Source of the DNA: Candidatus Saccharimonadota bacterium
GTDB taxonomy: Bacteria; Patescibacteriota; Gracilibacteria; UBA1369; 2-02-FULL-48-14
Length of the DNA stretch: 32,000 nucleotides
Assembly (NCBI GenBank): GCA_041661045.1
Contig: JBAZVE010000001.1
Coordinates: 540,001-572,000, forward strand
Direction: 5' to 3'
Shown piece after piece: positions 30,961 to 32,000 of this stretch. Below the pieces are notes generated by a model. The model ran no database searches. It was not told the origin of the DNA and worked only from the letters and a program-made list of their open reading frames with translations. A program made the translations under genes and the position numbers. The first letter of the stretch is position 1. The number at the start of each line of letters is the position of its first letter.

Positions 30961-32000
30961 ATGAAAAAAATTGAATTCCAGATCGATTCGATTCAGCCCA
31001 TTGGGGCTAATGTGGTGCATATAAAACTGGTTCCTAGAAATCCTGCTCAAAGAATTTTCTATCGGCCGGGTCAGTATGGCCTCATCTCTTTTTTTAATGG
31101 AGATTCGGTGTCTAAAGAAAGGCCGTTTTCTTTTTTAAGTTCACCTCTTGAGGATGGAACCCTAGAGTTTGGCTTCAAGGTTTTTGGAGAATTTACATCG
31201 CAATTTGCAGATCTAAAGAAGGGGGACCGCGTTTTTGTGCGTGGGCCCTTTGGATCCTTCACTTTTGATGAGAACAAATACAGTGACACCCTGTTTCTCA
31301 GTGCGGGGATTGGCATCACTCCCTTCGTCAGTATTTTCCGCTATGCAAGCGCGAAAAAACTCCCTAACAAATTGCGACTTCTCTACAGCAATAAGGCCAG
31401 CAAAGAGACGCCATTCTATGCTGAGCTCAAAGCTCTTGAAGCCACAAATCCCAATTTGAAAACTGATTTTTATGTTACCAGCAAAGATGAAATCGCTCCT
31501 CAAGGATTTACCGCTGGACGGATCAACCAAGAGGAAATTACGAAAGCCATCAGTGGCGATATTTCTGGAAAGACATTTTTCATTTGTGGGCCGCAGCTGT
31601 TTCACGATTCAATGGTGGATATTTTGAGGGCAATGGGAGTGAAAGAACGGAACATTAAAACGGAAGGATTCACGCTTTCACCGCGGTCTTTTTTTGAACG
31701 AGGGACTTGGGCCTTTCCAATGGTGGCGGGAGCTTCTGCCGTTGTAATACTGGCGAGCCTGTATGCGGTTTATGATTATGAGACAGAAAAGCAACTGGCC
31801 TACCAAGAGACCCAGGCTTTGACTCAGATGCAAATTGAAGAAATGACTTCGATGAATGAAGAAATCATAGAGAATAAAAATGCTTTGCTGACTGAACAAA
31901 AAGCGAATACTCGAACTATTTACACGACCACCACTCAAACAACTCCTTCCGTGATAGAGCCCACCACTCCTCCGGTTACAACCCCGACCACACCGCCCGC
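30961..32000 (+). CDS. Ferredoxin-NADP reductase-like FAD/NAD(P)-binding oxidoreductase with C-terminal TM helix and Thr/Pro-rich tail, partial (runs off the right edge)
   Basis: Not in the ORF track because it is open-ended. MKKIEFQIDS...RPFSFLSSP (RxxS FAD motif)...LFLSAGIGITPF (NAD(P) GxGxxP)...FFICGP. Then comes the TM helix WAFPMVAGASAVVILASLYAVY, a coiled region, and TTTTQTTPSVIEPTTPPVTTPTTPP. Confidence 0.75.
   Translation, partial: MKKIEFQIDSIQPIGANVVHIKLVPRNPAQRIFYRPGQYGLISFFNGDSVSKERPFSFLSSPLEDGTLEFGFKVFGEFTSQFADLKKGDRVFVRGPFGSFTFDENKYSDTLFLSAGIGITPFVSIFRYASAKKLPNKLRLLYSNKASKETPFYAELKALEATNPNLKTDFYVTSKDEIAPQGFTAGRINQEEITKAISGDISGKTFFICGPQLFHDSMVDILRAMGVKERNIKTEGFTLSPRSFFERGTWAFPMVAGASAVVILASLYAVYDYETEKQLAYQETQALTQMQIEEMTSMNEEIIENKNALLTEQKANTRTIYTTTTQTTPSVIEPTTPPVTTPTTPP

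Noticed and set aside
1-32000. Alternative genetic code (UGA recoding, as in some candidate phyla)
   Set aside because: TGA terminates several well-supported genes at the expected length: the glucosaminidase gene at 1850-1852, the DUF1624-like gene at 15939-15941 and PadR at 29837-29839. Conserved genes such as pdxS, pdxT, smpB and nadE read through without in-frame TGA.

Overview
Compact bacterial chromosomal window on the standard genetic code: TGA, TAA and TAG all terminate well-supported genes, and a tRNA-Trp(CCA) is present. Housekeeping genes occupy most of it: a phosphohexomutase (partial), nadE, smpB, rpmB, an M50 protease, an ABC exporter, pdxS/pdxT, two GT2 glycosyltransferases, PadR/PspC and an FNR-like reductase (partial). 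There are three tRNA genes: Ser-GGA, Thr-GGU and Trp-CCA. Two tRNA-linked accessory regions stand out. (1) A ~3.2-kb AT-rich degraded island sits at tRNA-Thr, bounded by a perfect 51-bp direct repeat of the tRNA 3' half (7112-7162 and 10354-10404). It carries a higB toxin gene, a HigA-ImmA/IrrE fusion gene and only the last ~55 codons of a tyrosine integrase. (2) Directly downstream of tRNA-Trp (20915-20988) lies a ~5.6-kb array. Six copies of a conserved ~30-bp direct repeat (consensus GTTCGAACTNGTTCCACGCTGGCCTGCCAA, tRNA-Trp-like) separate six single-ORF units of mixed orientation, and no recombinase gene is visible in the window. Three junctions also carry diverged tRNA T-arm/acceptor-like fragments. 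I regard this array as the most interesting and least explained structure here. It is not a CRISPR array and not a classical integron. Other items are a VapBC pair, an unlisted small lipoprotein ORF, paired cell-wall hydrolases with a shared N-terminal module, and a Cys-rich protein with duplicated terminal zinc-ribbon-like modules. All functional calls come from motif recognition by eye. No database search was run.
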